Positions 31,421 through 41,222 of a stretch of 64,000 bases of DNA are shown here, in pieces. Where the stretch lies: the NCBI GenBank assembly GCA_963823665.1, contig CAWGMQ010000008.1, positions 1,376,001 through 1,440,000 on the forward strand, in the 5' to 3' direction. Positions within the stretch are counted from its first letter, which is position 1. Each line of letters starts with the position of its first letter. A model generated the notes under the pieces. That model saw only the letters and a list, made by a program, of their open reading frames with translations. It made no database searches and was not told the origin of the DNA. The position numbers were made by a program, and so were the translations under genes. This DNA comes from an uncultured Planctomycetota bacterium. Its GTDB lineage: Bacteria > Planctomycetota > Planctomycetia > Isosphaerales > Isosphaeraceae.

Positions 31421-32519
31421 ATGGAGCAGACTTGTGCGCAGAGGACACCGAACGACGCAGATAAAGACGCAGCGGAGGGCGTACGGGACCATTGACCACG
31501 CACGGCATGGAACGGAAGGGTCAGTAAGGAAAAGCTGTCCGCAGATGACGCTGATCGACGCAGAAGAGCTCTCAAAGCGGAGCAAGGCTTTTAACCACGA
31601 ATCACACGAATAGGAAGGTTGTGAGGGAGCTTGCTCGGGGTACCGTCGCCGAAACTCCCGGTCGGGCTGTCGGGGAGGCCTGGTGTCATCGCGGCGGGCT
31701 GCGCATGCCGTCACAACGCGATCGAATGGAGCAGACTTGTCCGCAGAGGACGCCGATTGACGCAGATAAAGTTGCAGCGGACGGCGGACGGGACCATTGA
31801 CCACGCACGGAACGGGACGGAAGGGTCAGTCAGGAAAAGCTGTCCGCAGATGACGCTGATCGACGCAGAAGAGCGCTCAAGGCGGAGCAAGACTTTTAAC
31901 CACGAATCACACGAATCACACGAATAGGAAGGTTGTGAGGGAGCTTGCTCGGGGTACCGTCGCCGAAACTCCCGGTCGGGCTTTCGGGGGGGCCTGGTGT
32001 CATCGCGGCGGACTGCGCATGCCGTCACAACGCGATCGAATGGAGCAGACTTGTCCGCAGAGGACGCCGATTGGCACAGATGGGAACATCGCTCAAGGCA
32101 GAGCAAGACTTTTAACCACGAATCACACGAATCACACGAATAGGAAGGTTTCGAGGGAGCTTGCTCGGGGTACCGTCGCCGAAACTCCCGGTCGGGCTTT
32201 CGGGGGGACCTGCTGTGATCGCGGCGGTCTGCGCATGCCGTCACAACGCGATCGAATGGAGCAGACTTGTCCGCAGAGGGCGCCGATTGGCACAGATGGG
32301 AACATCGCTCAAGGCAGAGCAAGACTTTTGACCACGAATCACACGAATAGGAAGGTTGTGAGGGAGCTTGCTCGGGGTGCCGTCGCCGAAACTCCCGGTC
32401 GGGCTGTCGGGGGAGCCTGGTGTCATCGCGGCGGACTGCGCATGCCGTCACAACGCGATCGAATGGAGCAGACTTGTCCGCAGAGGACACCGATTGACGC
32501 AGATAAAGTCGCAGCGGAG
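31421..32519. repeat. Tandem array of composite units (305, 314, 216 and 207 bp, plus a partial fifth)
   Basis: Units start 'atggagcagacttgt' at 31421, 31726, 32040, 32256 and 32463. Confidence 0.95.
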
Positions 32520-32552
32520 TTCGAATTGCCCATTCCCTTTGGAGGAACAACC

Positions 32553-32897
32553 ATGAATTCTGATTCCCCTGACAGCGACCGGACGCCCCAGGCCGCCGCC
32601 CCGAACGGCCGGCCGGAGAGACACATGATCTGGTACACCTGCGATGACGGAGGTGAAGGGCTCACGACCTACACCTACGAGATCGGCGAGGAACCCTGGC
32701 AATTTACCTTCACGCACGACGCGGCCACGGGCGTCTACGTCCTGGCCAAGCCCGACGGCACCACCGAGCAATTCCGTGACAACCCGGCGCGGCACCTGGT
32801 GGTCGAGCGAGATCCCGTGACCGGCGAGCTGCGACCGGTCGTCAAGCGCGGCCAGCCAACGTACATCTACCTGTGCCGCGAGCAACGCGAGCCGTGA
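32553..32897 (+). CDS. Small hypothetical protein
   Basis: GGAGGA RBS, 114 aa, stop overlaps the next start (GTGA). Confidence 0.65.
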   Translation: MNSDSPDSDRTPQAAAPNGRPERHMIWYTCDDGGEGLTTYTYEIGEEPWQFTFTHDAATGVYVLAKPDGTTEQFRDNPARHLVVERDPVTGELRPVVKRGQPTYIYLCREQREP

Positions 32898-33715
32898 CAA
32901 CGCACGAAAACAGCGTTCAGCGCAGGCACCAACGGGATTACAAACAGATGAGCCAACCGCCCGGAATCGTCGACCGGTACCTTGACTTGATGCAAGAAGT
33001 TCTCATCAACGCGATCTATCAAGATCGGGCGGTTGACCCGTGGTCGCAGCCGGTCTTCGACGTTCGCAAACGCGACTTTGGCCTGGATTGGCCGCAACAG
33101 GCCCTTACGATGATCGGCCGCATCCGCCTGCGATCGCTACGGGACTGCTGCGAGCTTGTCTTGCGAGAGCGAATCCCGGGAGATTTCGTCGAGACCGGAA
33201 TCTGGCGCGGCGGGGCGTGCATCATGATGGCCGGCGTGCTGGCGGCTTATGACGAGCGGGAGCGCGAGGTTTGGGGATTTGATTCGTTTGAGGGATTGCC
33301 GCCGCCGAATGCGGAGCTTTATCCATGTGATCGAGGCGATCAGCTTTATCGGTTTCCGCAGTTGGCGGTGAGCTTGGAAGAAGTGAGGGAGAACTTTAGG
33401 CGGGTGGGGCTTTGGAGTGATCAAGTTCGGCTCGTCAAAGGCTGGTTCAAGGATACGGTGCCAACCGCGCCGATTGAGCGCATCGCGATTCTTCGGCTCG
33501 ATGGGGATTTGTATGAGTCGACCATTCAGGTTCTTGACGGGTTTTATCCGAGGCTTTCGGCTGGGGGGTTTTGCATTGTTGATGATTATGGGGCCATGCT
33601 GAGCTGCCGGGCGGCGGTCGAGGATTTCAGGCGGGACCACGGAGTGAGTGAGCCAATCGTGGATATTGATGGGAAGGGTGTGTTGTGGAGGAAGGCACGG
33701 AGAGCCGCAGAGTGA
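32894..33715 (+). CDS. TylF/MycF-family (macrocin-type) O-methyltransferase
   Basis: 'LTMIG', 'IPGDFVETGIWRGG', 'FDSFEGLP', 'KGWFKDT', 'LRLDGDLYEST', 'IVDDYG'. Start is either GTG 32894 or ATG 32948. Confidence 0.92.
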   Translation: MTTHENSVQRRHQRDYKQMSQPPGIVDRYLDLMQEVLINAIYQDRAVDPWSQPVFDVRKRDFGLDWPQQALTMIGRIRLRSLRDCCELVLRERIPGDFVETGIWRGGACIMMAGVLAAYDEREREVWGFDSFEGLPPPNAELYPCDRGDQLYRFPQLAVSLEEVRENFRRVGLWSDQVRLVKGWFKDTVPTAPIERIAILRLDGDLYESTIQVLDGFYPRLSAGGFCIVDDYGAMLSCRAAVEDFRRDHGVSEPIVDIDGKGVLWRKARRAAE

Positions 33716-33770
33716 TCAAAAGGGGGTCGCGGAGCCGACTCGGTTATATTGCTCTCTTTTCGCTTTCCTC

Positions 33771-33859
33771 ATTCGTGTGATTCGTTAGATTCGTGGTTCA
33801 ACTTCCCCCCGTCATGTCGCAGAAGAGTCTCGACCACGAATCACACGAATTACACGAAT
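33771..33859. repeat. Inverted pair of the 9-bp-periodic CACGAAT element
   Basis: attcgtgtgattcgttagattcgtggt (33771-33797) against accacgaatcacacgaattacacgaat (33833-33859): 24 of 27 complementary. Confidence 0.85.
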
Positions 33860-34161
33860 CGGAAATGTGGGTCAGGGATCTTGAAATCCCAGACCGCGAG
33901 GTTCTCCGGGAGTAGATTTCTGTTTCTTGTCCGAACAGTGATTCCCAACCTTCACTCATGTCTGATCGGATCTGCGGCCATCCGCGTCGATCAGCGGACC
34001 ATAATTCTGGGCCGGTGTTTTTTCGCACGCGATCCGGTCCGCAGTGGCGGCCCCTACGACGAATGCGTTGCTCGCTTTGCATTCGCTCCTTTTCGGTTCC
34101 GTGTCGTTGAAAATGTTCGGTGGTTCAAAGGCCTTGATCTCTTTTCACCTGGGGTCCAGCC

Positions 34162-36417
34162 ATGAGCACGACCGCTGTCGGCGGACTTTCGTCTGTGATT
34201 ATTCCATGCTGGAATCAACTTCAGTTTACTCGGAAGTGCATCGGTGCGCTCTTTCGGCAGACTGGGCCGAACTGGGAGTTGATCGTCGTCAACAATGGGT
34301 CGAGCGATGGGACTGGGGATTATCTGGGTGGGGTTCAGGATGTTTCGCCTGTGCCCGTTACCGTCGTTGCCAATGGCACAAATCGTGGGTTTCCTGCGGC
34401 GGTTAACCAGGGGCTTCAGTATGCGCGGGGGGAGTACTTGGTGTTGCTCAATAACGATGTGGTCGTGACGGATGGATGGCTCGATCAACTGATTGCGCTG
34501 GCCGGTCCATCGGCGGTCGCGAATCCTGAAGAACCCGATCCGAAATCCGAAATCCACAAGTCGAAATCCGAAATCCTAAGTTCGAAATCCGAAATGAAGA
34601 TTGGATTGGTTGGGCCGATGTCGAATTATGCGGCGCCGCCGCAGTTGGTTGAGCATGTACCTTACCGGGATCTGGAGGAGATGAAGGTGTTTGCCCGGCG
34701 CTGGCGCGAGGGGCATCGGGGCACGTGGTTTACTGTGCGGAAGCTGTCGGGGTTTTGCTTGATGATGAAACGGGCCGTTTATGACGCCATCGGGGGGCTT
34801 GATGAACGGTTTGGGCTCGGGTTCTTTGATGACGACGACCTGGCCGAACGGGCAAGGCGGGCAGGCTTTGCCCTGGCGGTGGCACATGACCTGTTCGTGC
34901 ACCACTATGGCAGCCGGACGTTTGTTGGCAACGGCGTCGATGCCGAGCGCGTGCTCAATGAGAATGCGGCGAGGTTCGCGGCGAAATGGGGGGACGCGGT
35001 TCCGCAGGGGCGGAGGGTGGCGCTCGAGCCGTTTGCAGGTAGTCCGCGGACGGCGAAGCGAAGCCATGAACAGACGAGTTTCTGTCCGCAGAGAACGCAG
35101 ATTTGCGCAGGTGAAAGCCGGGAAGATCAGGGACGAGTAAGAAATGGAGAGGCCGCGGCCACACCTCCAACAAAGATAATTTCTCCGCTTGATCTGCGCT
35201 CCTCTGCGTCATCTGCGGACCAACCTTTTCAATCTGGTCCCATTCCCTCTTCGACCCGTGCCGCTGTCTCGCTCACCATGATCGTGCGGGACGAGGAAAA
35301 AAACATCGGCCGATGCCTGGAATCGGTGCGCGGGGTGTTTGATGAGATTGTTGTGCTCGATACCGGGAGTAAGGATCGCACGCTTGAGATAGCGCGATCG
35401 TTCGGGGCTCGGGTGTTTGATTTCGTATGGGTTGATGATTTTGGGGCTGCTCGGAATGCGGCGCTGGCTCGGGCACGAGGCGATTACGCGTTTTGGCTTG
35501 ATGCGGATGATTTGATTGAGCCTACGGAGCGCGCGAAGCTGGAGGAGTTGATTGGGGGCTTGCGGGGCGACCATTCGTGTGCGGGGAGCACGCAAAAGGG
35601 GACAGGCACCGGCGTCCTTGGCCGGAGCCAGTCCCCGTTTGCTCCCGCCTTTGTCGTGCGGTGTGCGTGTGACCCGGGGCCTGACGGGGCGGGGGGAGAC
35701 ACGGTCGTTGATCACATCCGATTGTTCCCGCTGATTGAAGGCGTGCGGTGGACATATCGGGTTCATGAGCAGATTCTGCCGGCGCTGAAGCGCGCCGGGG
35801 TGCCGGTGGAGTGGACGGATATCACGGTGCGGCATACGGGGTACTCTGATAGGGCGCTCCGATTCAGGAAGCTTGAGCGTGATTGCCGCATTCTGCGCGA
35901 GGAGCTGGCGGAACGGCCGGATGATGCGTTTACGTTGTTCAATCTGGGATCGATCGCGATTGAACGGGCGGAGTGGAATGAGGCGCTGGGGTATTTCAAG
36001 CGAAGCCTGGCGGGGTCGGCGCCGAGTGATTCGATCGTTCGTAAGCTGTATGCGAACATTGCGCGGTCTTATCAGATGCTCCGGGATTATCCGGCGGCTC
36101 TCGCGAGCTGCGCCCAGGGTCTTTCGCTCGATGCCGAGGATGCGGAGCTGTGGTTCCGGAAGGCGGTTGTGCATCGGAGTCGTGGCGATTCGGGTGAGGC
36201 CGAACAATGTTGGCGGCGGATCTTGACGCTCTCGCGGCCGCGGAAGTTTGCGAGTTTGGATCAGGGGATTTATGGGCATCTCACGCGGCGGAATCTGGCG
36301 GTGGTGGCGATGGAACGGGGTGATCTTGAGGAGGCGCGGGGACAGTGGCGGGCGGTGCTGGAGGAGTGCCCGGGGGACAGGGAGGCGATTGCGCGGCTGG
36401 CCGATTTTGGATCGTAG
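34162..36417 (+). CDS. Double GT2 glycosyltransferase with C-terminal TPRs
   Basis: First GT2: 'SVIIPCWN...LLNNDVV...GFFDDDDL'. Second GT2: 'SLTMIVRDEE...LDTGSKDRT...WLDADD...VHEQI...HTGY'. TPR helices follow. Confidence 0.9.
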   Translation: MSTTAVGGLSSVIIPCWNQLQFTRKCIGALFRQTGPNWELIVVNNGSSDGTGDYLGGVQDVSPVPVTVVANGTNRGFPAAVNQGLQYARGEYLVLLNNDVVVTDGWLDQLIALAGPSAVANPEEPDPKSEIHKSKSEILSSKSEMKIGLVGPMSNYAAPPQLVEHVPYRDLEEMKVFARRWREGHRGTWFTVRKLSGFCLMMKRAVYDAIGGLDERFGLGFFDDDDLAERARRAGFALAVAHDLFVHHYGSRTFVGNGVDAERVLNENAARFAAKWGDAVPQGRRVALEPFAGSPRTAKRSHEQTSFCPQRTQICAGESREDQGRVRNGEAAATPPTKIISPLDLRSSASSADQPFQSGPIPSSTRAAVSLTMIVRDEEKNIGRCLESVRGVFDEIVVLDTGSKDRTLEIARSFGARVFDFVWVDDFGAARNAALARARGDYAFWLDADDLIEPTERAKLEELIGGLRGDHSCAGSTQKGTGTGVLGRSQSPFAPAFVVRCACDPGPDGAGGDTVVDHIRLFPLIEGVRWTYRVHEQILPALKRAGVPVEWTDITVRHTGYSDRALRFRKLERDCRILREELAERPDDAFTLFNLGSIAIERAEWNEALGYFKRSLAGSAPSDSIVRKLYANIARSYQMLRDYPAALASCAQGLSLDAEDAELWFRKAVVHRSRGDSGEAEQCWRRILTLSRPRKFASLDQGIYGHLTRRNLAVVAMERGDLEEARGQWRAVLEECPGDREAIARLADFGS

Positions 36418-36793
36418 GGTTCGCCTTTGCGGGATGGCTCACGCGTGCCTGCCGCCGACGGGACACGAGCGCCGGGAGATGAGCAAGCGATCCCGTTGAC
36501 CACGCCCGGCAAGTGCGTGGTTCGTATGGGACGAACGTCCTCCAGCCTCGGTCGTCAGCCCGATCTTCTTTCTGAGCGGGCGGGTGTGGTGCCGGATCGC
36601 ACTGACGTGCGAGGTTGGGGGTTCCCCGTCCGAACCACGGTCTCACGACCGTGGTCACGTGCCTGGGCGCCGCGAGCTCGAACGCGGTGGGAGTGGGTCT
36701 ACGCACGCGTTCGGTCCGCAATAGCGAACCCTACATGGTTCTTGCCGCTCGTCGCTCTGATGGGGGCGGATGGTCCGCAATGGCGGGCCCTAC
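36414..36793. repeat. GTAG-type REP cluster
   Basis: 'gtagggttcgcctttgcgg' (36414) is inverted to 'ccgcaatagcgaaccctac' (ending ~36734). Further copies are 'ggtccgcaatggcgggccctac' (~36772) and one near 34036. Confidence 0.65.
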
Positions 36794-36826
36794 ATGTTTA
36801 TGCGTTCTTCTCTGGGAGGGCTCGAC

Positions 36827-38053
36827 ATGGGTCATCGCCTTTTGTTTGCGTCCATTCACAGCTACCTCGACCCGTCCAGCGGTGCGGCGCTCGCCACGCG
36901 CGAACTGCTCGAATTGCTGGCGGGGCGCGGGTGGGATTGCCGCGCGCTTACTTGCGCTGTGCTTGACTATCAGAATGAGACGCCCATTGAGAATGTTCTG
37001 AGTTCGATCGAGCGGCCGGGTTCGCGCGTGGGGGCGGCGCTGAGCCTTGGGGGCGAGGCCGAGGTCTTCGATCTCGAAGTTGACGGCGTGCGCGTCACAC
37101 TCTTGCCCACATCGTCCAGTCGCGCCGATAAGGCACCCAATCCGCGGGAGGGGGCCATGTACATCGACGTGGCGGAGCAGGTGCTCGATCGATTTCGGCC
37201 GGAGGTTCTGCTCACGTATGGCGGGCATCCGGTCAGCCGCTCTCTGATGCTGAAGGCCAGGGCCAAAGGCACCGCGGTCGTTTTCCACCTGCACAACTTC
37301 GGCTATAACGATCGGCGCGGGTTCGAGGACGTCGATGCCATCATCTTTCCGTCGGAGTATTCGCGGCGGCTTTACTCGCGGCGAGTTGGAATCGACGGAG
37401 TTGTTATTCCCGACCCGATCCGGCTCGATAGGGTTATTGCCGAAAACCGCAAGCCGCAATACGTGACGTTCATCAACCCGCAGCCTGAGAAAGGAGCCGC
37501 CGTCTTTGCGCGGATTGCGCTCGAGCTCGGTCGACGGCGGCCGGATATCCCGCTCCTGGTCGTTGAAGGCCGCGGTGCCGCGGACGGCCTGGCGGGCTTG
37601 CCGGTCGATCTCTCAGGGCTGACCAACCTGCACCGGATGGCCAATACGCCCGATCCGCGTGATTTCTATCGGGTGAGCAGGGTGGTGCTCATGCCGTCGC
37701 TCTGGCGTGAGTCGCTGGGGCGCGTGCCGATCGAGGCCATGGCGAACGGAATTCCCGTACTGGCGAGCGATCGCGGAGCGCTACCCGAGACACTGGGCGA
37801 TGCGGGATTCGTGTTCACGATCCCTGATCGGTGCACGCCAGCGAGCAGCGTGGTGCCGACTGCGCACGAAGTGGCGCCGTGGGTGGCTGTGATCGAGCGG
37901 TTGTGGGATGAAGCGGAATTTGAGGCGGAGCATCGGAGGCGGGCGCTGGCTGAGGCCAATCGCTGGGATGGGGACAAACTGGCGGAGCGGTATGAGGGGT
38001 TTTTCCGGTCGTTGTGTGGTGGGGGCGGTCGGTTGTCGGTCAGGATTTCGTGA
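36827..38053 (+). CDS. GT4 glycosyltransferase
   Basis: 'FINPQPEKG', 'LMPSLWRESLGRVPIEAMANGIPVLASDRGALPE' (EX7E). Confidence 0.9.
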   Translation: MGHRLLFASIHSYLDPSSGAALATRELLELLAGRGWDCRALTCAVLDYQNETPIENVLSSIERPGSRVGAALSLGGEAEVFDLEVDGVRVTLLPTSSSRADKAPNPREGAMYIDVAEQVLDRFRPEVLLTYGGHPVSRSLMLKARAKGTAVVFHLHNFGYNDRRGFEDVDAIIFPSEYSRRLYSRRVGIDGVVIPDPIRLDRVIAENRKPQYVTFINPQPEKGAAVFARIALELGRRRPDIPLLVVEGRGAADGLAGLPVDLSGLTNLHRMANTPDPRDFYRVSRVVLMPSLWRESLGRVPIEAMANGIPVLASDRGALPETLGDAGFVFTIPDRCTPASSVVPTAHEVAPWVAVIERLWDEAEFEAEHRRRALAEANRWDGDKLAERYEGFFRSLCGGGGRLSVRIS

Positions 38054-39184
38054 ATTGAATGAGCTCGCCCGGCGGTTTCCGTTCGGTTGCCGTGGATCGA
38101 GTTGTCGGCACTATGGTGACTGGCCGGGTCTTGTGACGAGTGCGACGGATGATTGACGCCGGTGGGTTCACATAGTCGGAGCCCGTTTTGATTCGACCGC
38201 GTGTTCACAATTAACAAAGAAATCGCGCAAAGCCGTATCTCGTGACGTTGCAGCCGTATCGATTGAGTGATTGCACTTTTTTTGGAGGCTTTTATTGCCG
38301 AAAACCGAAACCTGACGCATAATAATATTTATAAGAGGAGGGTCAGCGACCGCGCGACGCTGGCGCGAAAGGCGGCTCGCTCTGCTTTCCTACGTGCCCG
38401 TCTATCTCCACTCATCCTGAGAACAGCGGTCAATTTCACGCACAGAGTGACATCCAGTGCCGAAAAGTGCCATTAGCAAAGAGGCTGAGATTCGCTCCGA
38501 GACCCAGGCGGGCCTCACCGCTCCGCGGGATGCGCCTGGCCGCAGACGCGGCCCCCGGCATTATCCTGCGATGTTGGCTGTGTTCGGGTCTGAGAGAGAA
38601 AATGGCGCGGCTATGGCGTTGGGACGCCCGGGACGCGAGCGAGCGATGCAAAGCATTGGCGTGGGCTGGGATCCGTGAATCGAGTGAGACTGTTTTTGGG
38701 CAAATTCGTCTCATTTCGTCTCATTTCGTCTCACTATCGAATCCTTGCGAGAGCCGAGCATGACTCCGCCTGCGTTGAACGAGATTTCATCAAGCGACGA
38801 ACGAATCCCGATCGGCGCGTGCAGAGAGCGGGCGATTTACAGTAGTGTACGAATGCTTTACAGCCCTCCCAGGATTGCCACTTATTGCCATTTTTCGAAG
38901 GGTGCGGCGATCTCCTGGCGCGGATTGGCTGTTCTGTAAGTTCAATGAATATCATCGAATAGGCGCACAGCGCGGCATCTTTCGGCGGTCGCAAGAGCTT
39001 TTGGCACGCGCCACCAAAAATTGCCATCGCAATTCGCCGGAGCTGTTCACTATATTTTTCGGCCATTTTTTCACGCCAGCGGAAGCCAGATCGGCACTGT
39101 CTCGGGCGCGGTCCTCGCCGGGCGCAAGCCCGCCTCCGCCGCTTGCGGCGGCACCTTCCCCACAAGGCCGGGAGGAATGCAGGG

Positions 39185-39300
39185 GCCCCGTCGCGGAGCG
39201 ACGGCCGACAGTGGGGGGCGCAACGGAGAGGCCCCGTCGCGGAGCGACGGGCGACAATGGGGTGCGTCGGAGCGGGGAATCTCGTCGCGGAGCGACGGAC
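39185..39300. repeat. Three copies of a REP-like hairpin
   Basis: cgtcgc-gga-gcgacg at about 39189, 39235 and 39283. Confidence 0.8.
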
Positions 39301-40352
39301 CAAAATGGGGCGGGGGTGGCCAATCCGATTCGAACGGGGCTGAATTTGGCCGAAAAAGGGGGGCTCCGGCACAAGTGCCGTCAGGCGTAAACATCAAAAA
39401 TGAAAAGAGATGGGTCAAAACTGCGTACAGGGGCCAAGTGATGCCGTCAGACGTAAGTCCAATCCCAGTAAGGCGCTGACGGCATGACGGCACTTTTGGG
39501 GGAGAGCGATCGTGTTGCAGGGGTAAGGTGGCGGGCAGCGGATAGCGGACGAGTGGGGCTGTGGGCATGGGTTTTCGCTCGCTGCGAGCCCTGAAATCGT
39601 CAGGCTGAAGCCTGACCTACATTGGCGTCGCTGCGTTCCCTTAATGCTTATGGATAAAGGCCCATCGTCAAATGTACAAAACGAACTCGCCTCAAGAATC
39701 AGGGCGCAGGACGGAGGGTGGAGGACGGACACTGAATCGCAGGGCGGAGGACGGAGGGCGGAGGGCGGAGGGCGGCTAGCGGAGGAGGGACGGCGGAAGG
39801 GTACACTCGGACGTTGTCGCCGAGCGCGCCGCAGAGCGGCACTGGGGCGTTCCGACGCGGAGCATCGGAACGAGAGGGGCTTTGGATGCGACATCCTCGG
39901 CGTGGGAGGCGTCGTCATTCGCAAGTGTCGATGGGCTTGGGAGTTACTTCGAGTGACTCGGTGGTCTCAAAAACGTCGTCATTCGTAAGTCCGGTCGCTG
40001 CAAGGAGATGACGACGATGACGACGTTTTGGGGGGTCCGCGCGAGCTATGTGTGCGATTGGAGGACGAAGGCGAGCGCAGGTGATCCGAGACTTGGGACG
40101 TCGCCGGGCGGGGCGTTCGTTTCTGGCGACTGAAAAGGATCTGGAATTCTCTCGTCGGCGATTTCACCCGTCCACCCACAGGCGCAGAGGCTGACGCGTA
40201 CCGCGCACGGCTGGGAGCGATGCTCTTCTCTTGGCATGTCGACGGCGGCATAATCATCATCGGCGGCGGCGGGCGAGTGTGACGGATGGGCAAGGGATCG
40301 ATCGAGCTTGCCGCCGGAATCGAGCAGCTCGGCCCTGGCGGGTAAACGCGGG

Positions 40353-41189
40353 ATGGCTCAGCAATACGTCGTTCGATACGGGCGGATGCGCGTCCTGGGC
40401 GAATTTCGAAGCCTGACGGGTCTGGAACACGGTCGGGGTGAGCAAGTCGTGATTCGCACGGAGCGTGGAACCGAGCTTGGCGAGGTTCTTTGCCCGGTGT
40501 CTGGTCGCACCACTTCCTATATGGCCGGTGCACCTCGGGGCGAGATCCTGCGCGGCGCCACTGCGGAAGACCGTCACCGGGAAGCGGAGATTGACAGCGG
40601 GCGAGACTCGGCATTCGACACGTGCCGGGAGCTGGTCGGCAAGCGGCGTCTCCAGATGAAGCTGGTTGACGTCGAGATGATTCACGGTGGCGAGCGAGTC
40701 GTGTTCTTCTACCTCGCCGAGCAGCGAGTTGACTTTCGCGAGCTGGTCAAGGATCTGGCGCACGTTCTCAAAACGCGGATCGAGATGCGGCAGATCGGCG
40801 TGCGCGATGAAGCCAAGCTGCTGGCGGATTACGGCGATTGCGGTAAGCCTGTGTGCTGCAACACGCATTTGTCGGAGATGCCGCCGGTCTCGATGAAAAT
40901 GGCCAAGTTGCAGAAAACGACGCTCGACCCGGCGAAGATCTCCGGCCGCTGCGGCCGGCTGAAGTGCTGCCTGCGTTACGAGTACGACACATACCGCTCG
41001 CTGGAAGGCGACTTGCCGAGTGTTGGCTCGCGGGTGGTCACAGCCAAGGGAGAAGGGCGGGTTGTGGCCCAGGAGATTCTTGCCCAGAGGCTGGTTCTCG
41101 AGCTCGACGACCACCGGCGAATCATTGTCGGACGCGACGATGTTCAAGCGGACGATCCCCGCAACGAAGTTCATTCTGGATCGAGCTGA
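40353..41189 (+). CDS. PSP1-domain / RicT (YaaT)-family protein
   Basis: 'RVDFRELVKDL...RIEMRQIGVRDEAK...CGKPVCC...MAKLQ...KISGRCGRLKCCLRYE'. Confidence 0.92.
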   Translation: MAQQYVVRYGRMRVLGEFRSLTGLEHGRGEQVVIRTERGTELGEVLCPVSGRTTSYMAGAPRGEILRGATAEDRHREAEIDSGRDSAFDTCRELVGKRRLQMKLVDVEMIHGGERVVFFYLAEQRVDFRELVKDLAHVLKTRIEMRQIGVRDEAKLLADYGDCGKPVCCNTHLSEMPPVSMKMAKLQKTTLDPAKISGRCGRLKCCLRYEYDTYRSLEGDLPSVGSRVVTAKGEGRVVAQEILAQRLVLELDDHRRIIVGRDDVQADDPRNEVHSGSS

Positions 41190-41222
41190 ACGAGCTTCGA
41201 AAAGGCAAAGGGCATCACGTTG

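Noticed and set aside
31421..32519. CRISPR array or a coding repeat (ORFs 31935-32897 and 31711-32550)
   Set aside because: Units are over 200 bp with no unique spacers, and no cas genes are present. Unit lengths 305 and 314 are not multiples of 3, so the long ORFs are by-products.
39185..39300. Mini-CRISPR
   Set aside because: Only three degenerate hairpins with ~20-nt mutually similar G-rich gaps. Better explained as REP elements.
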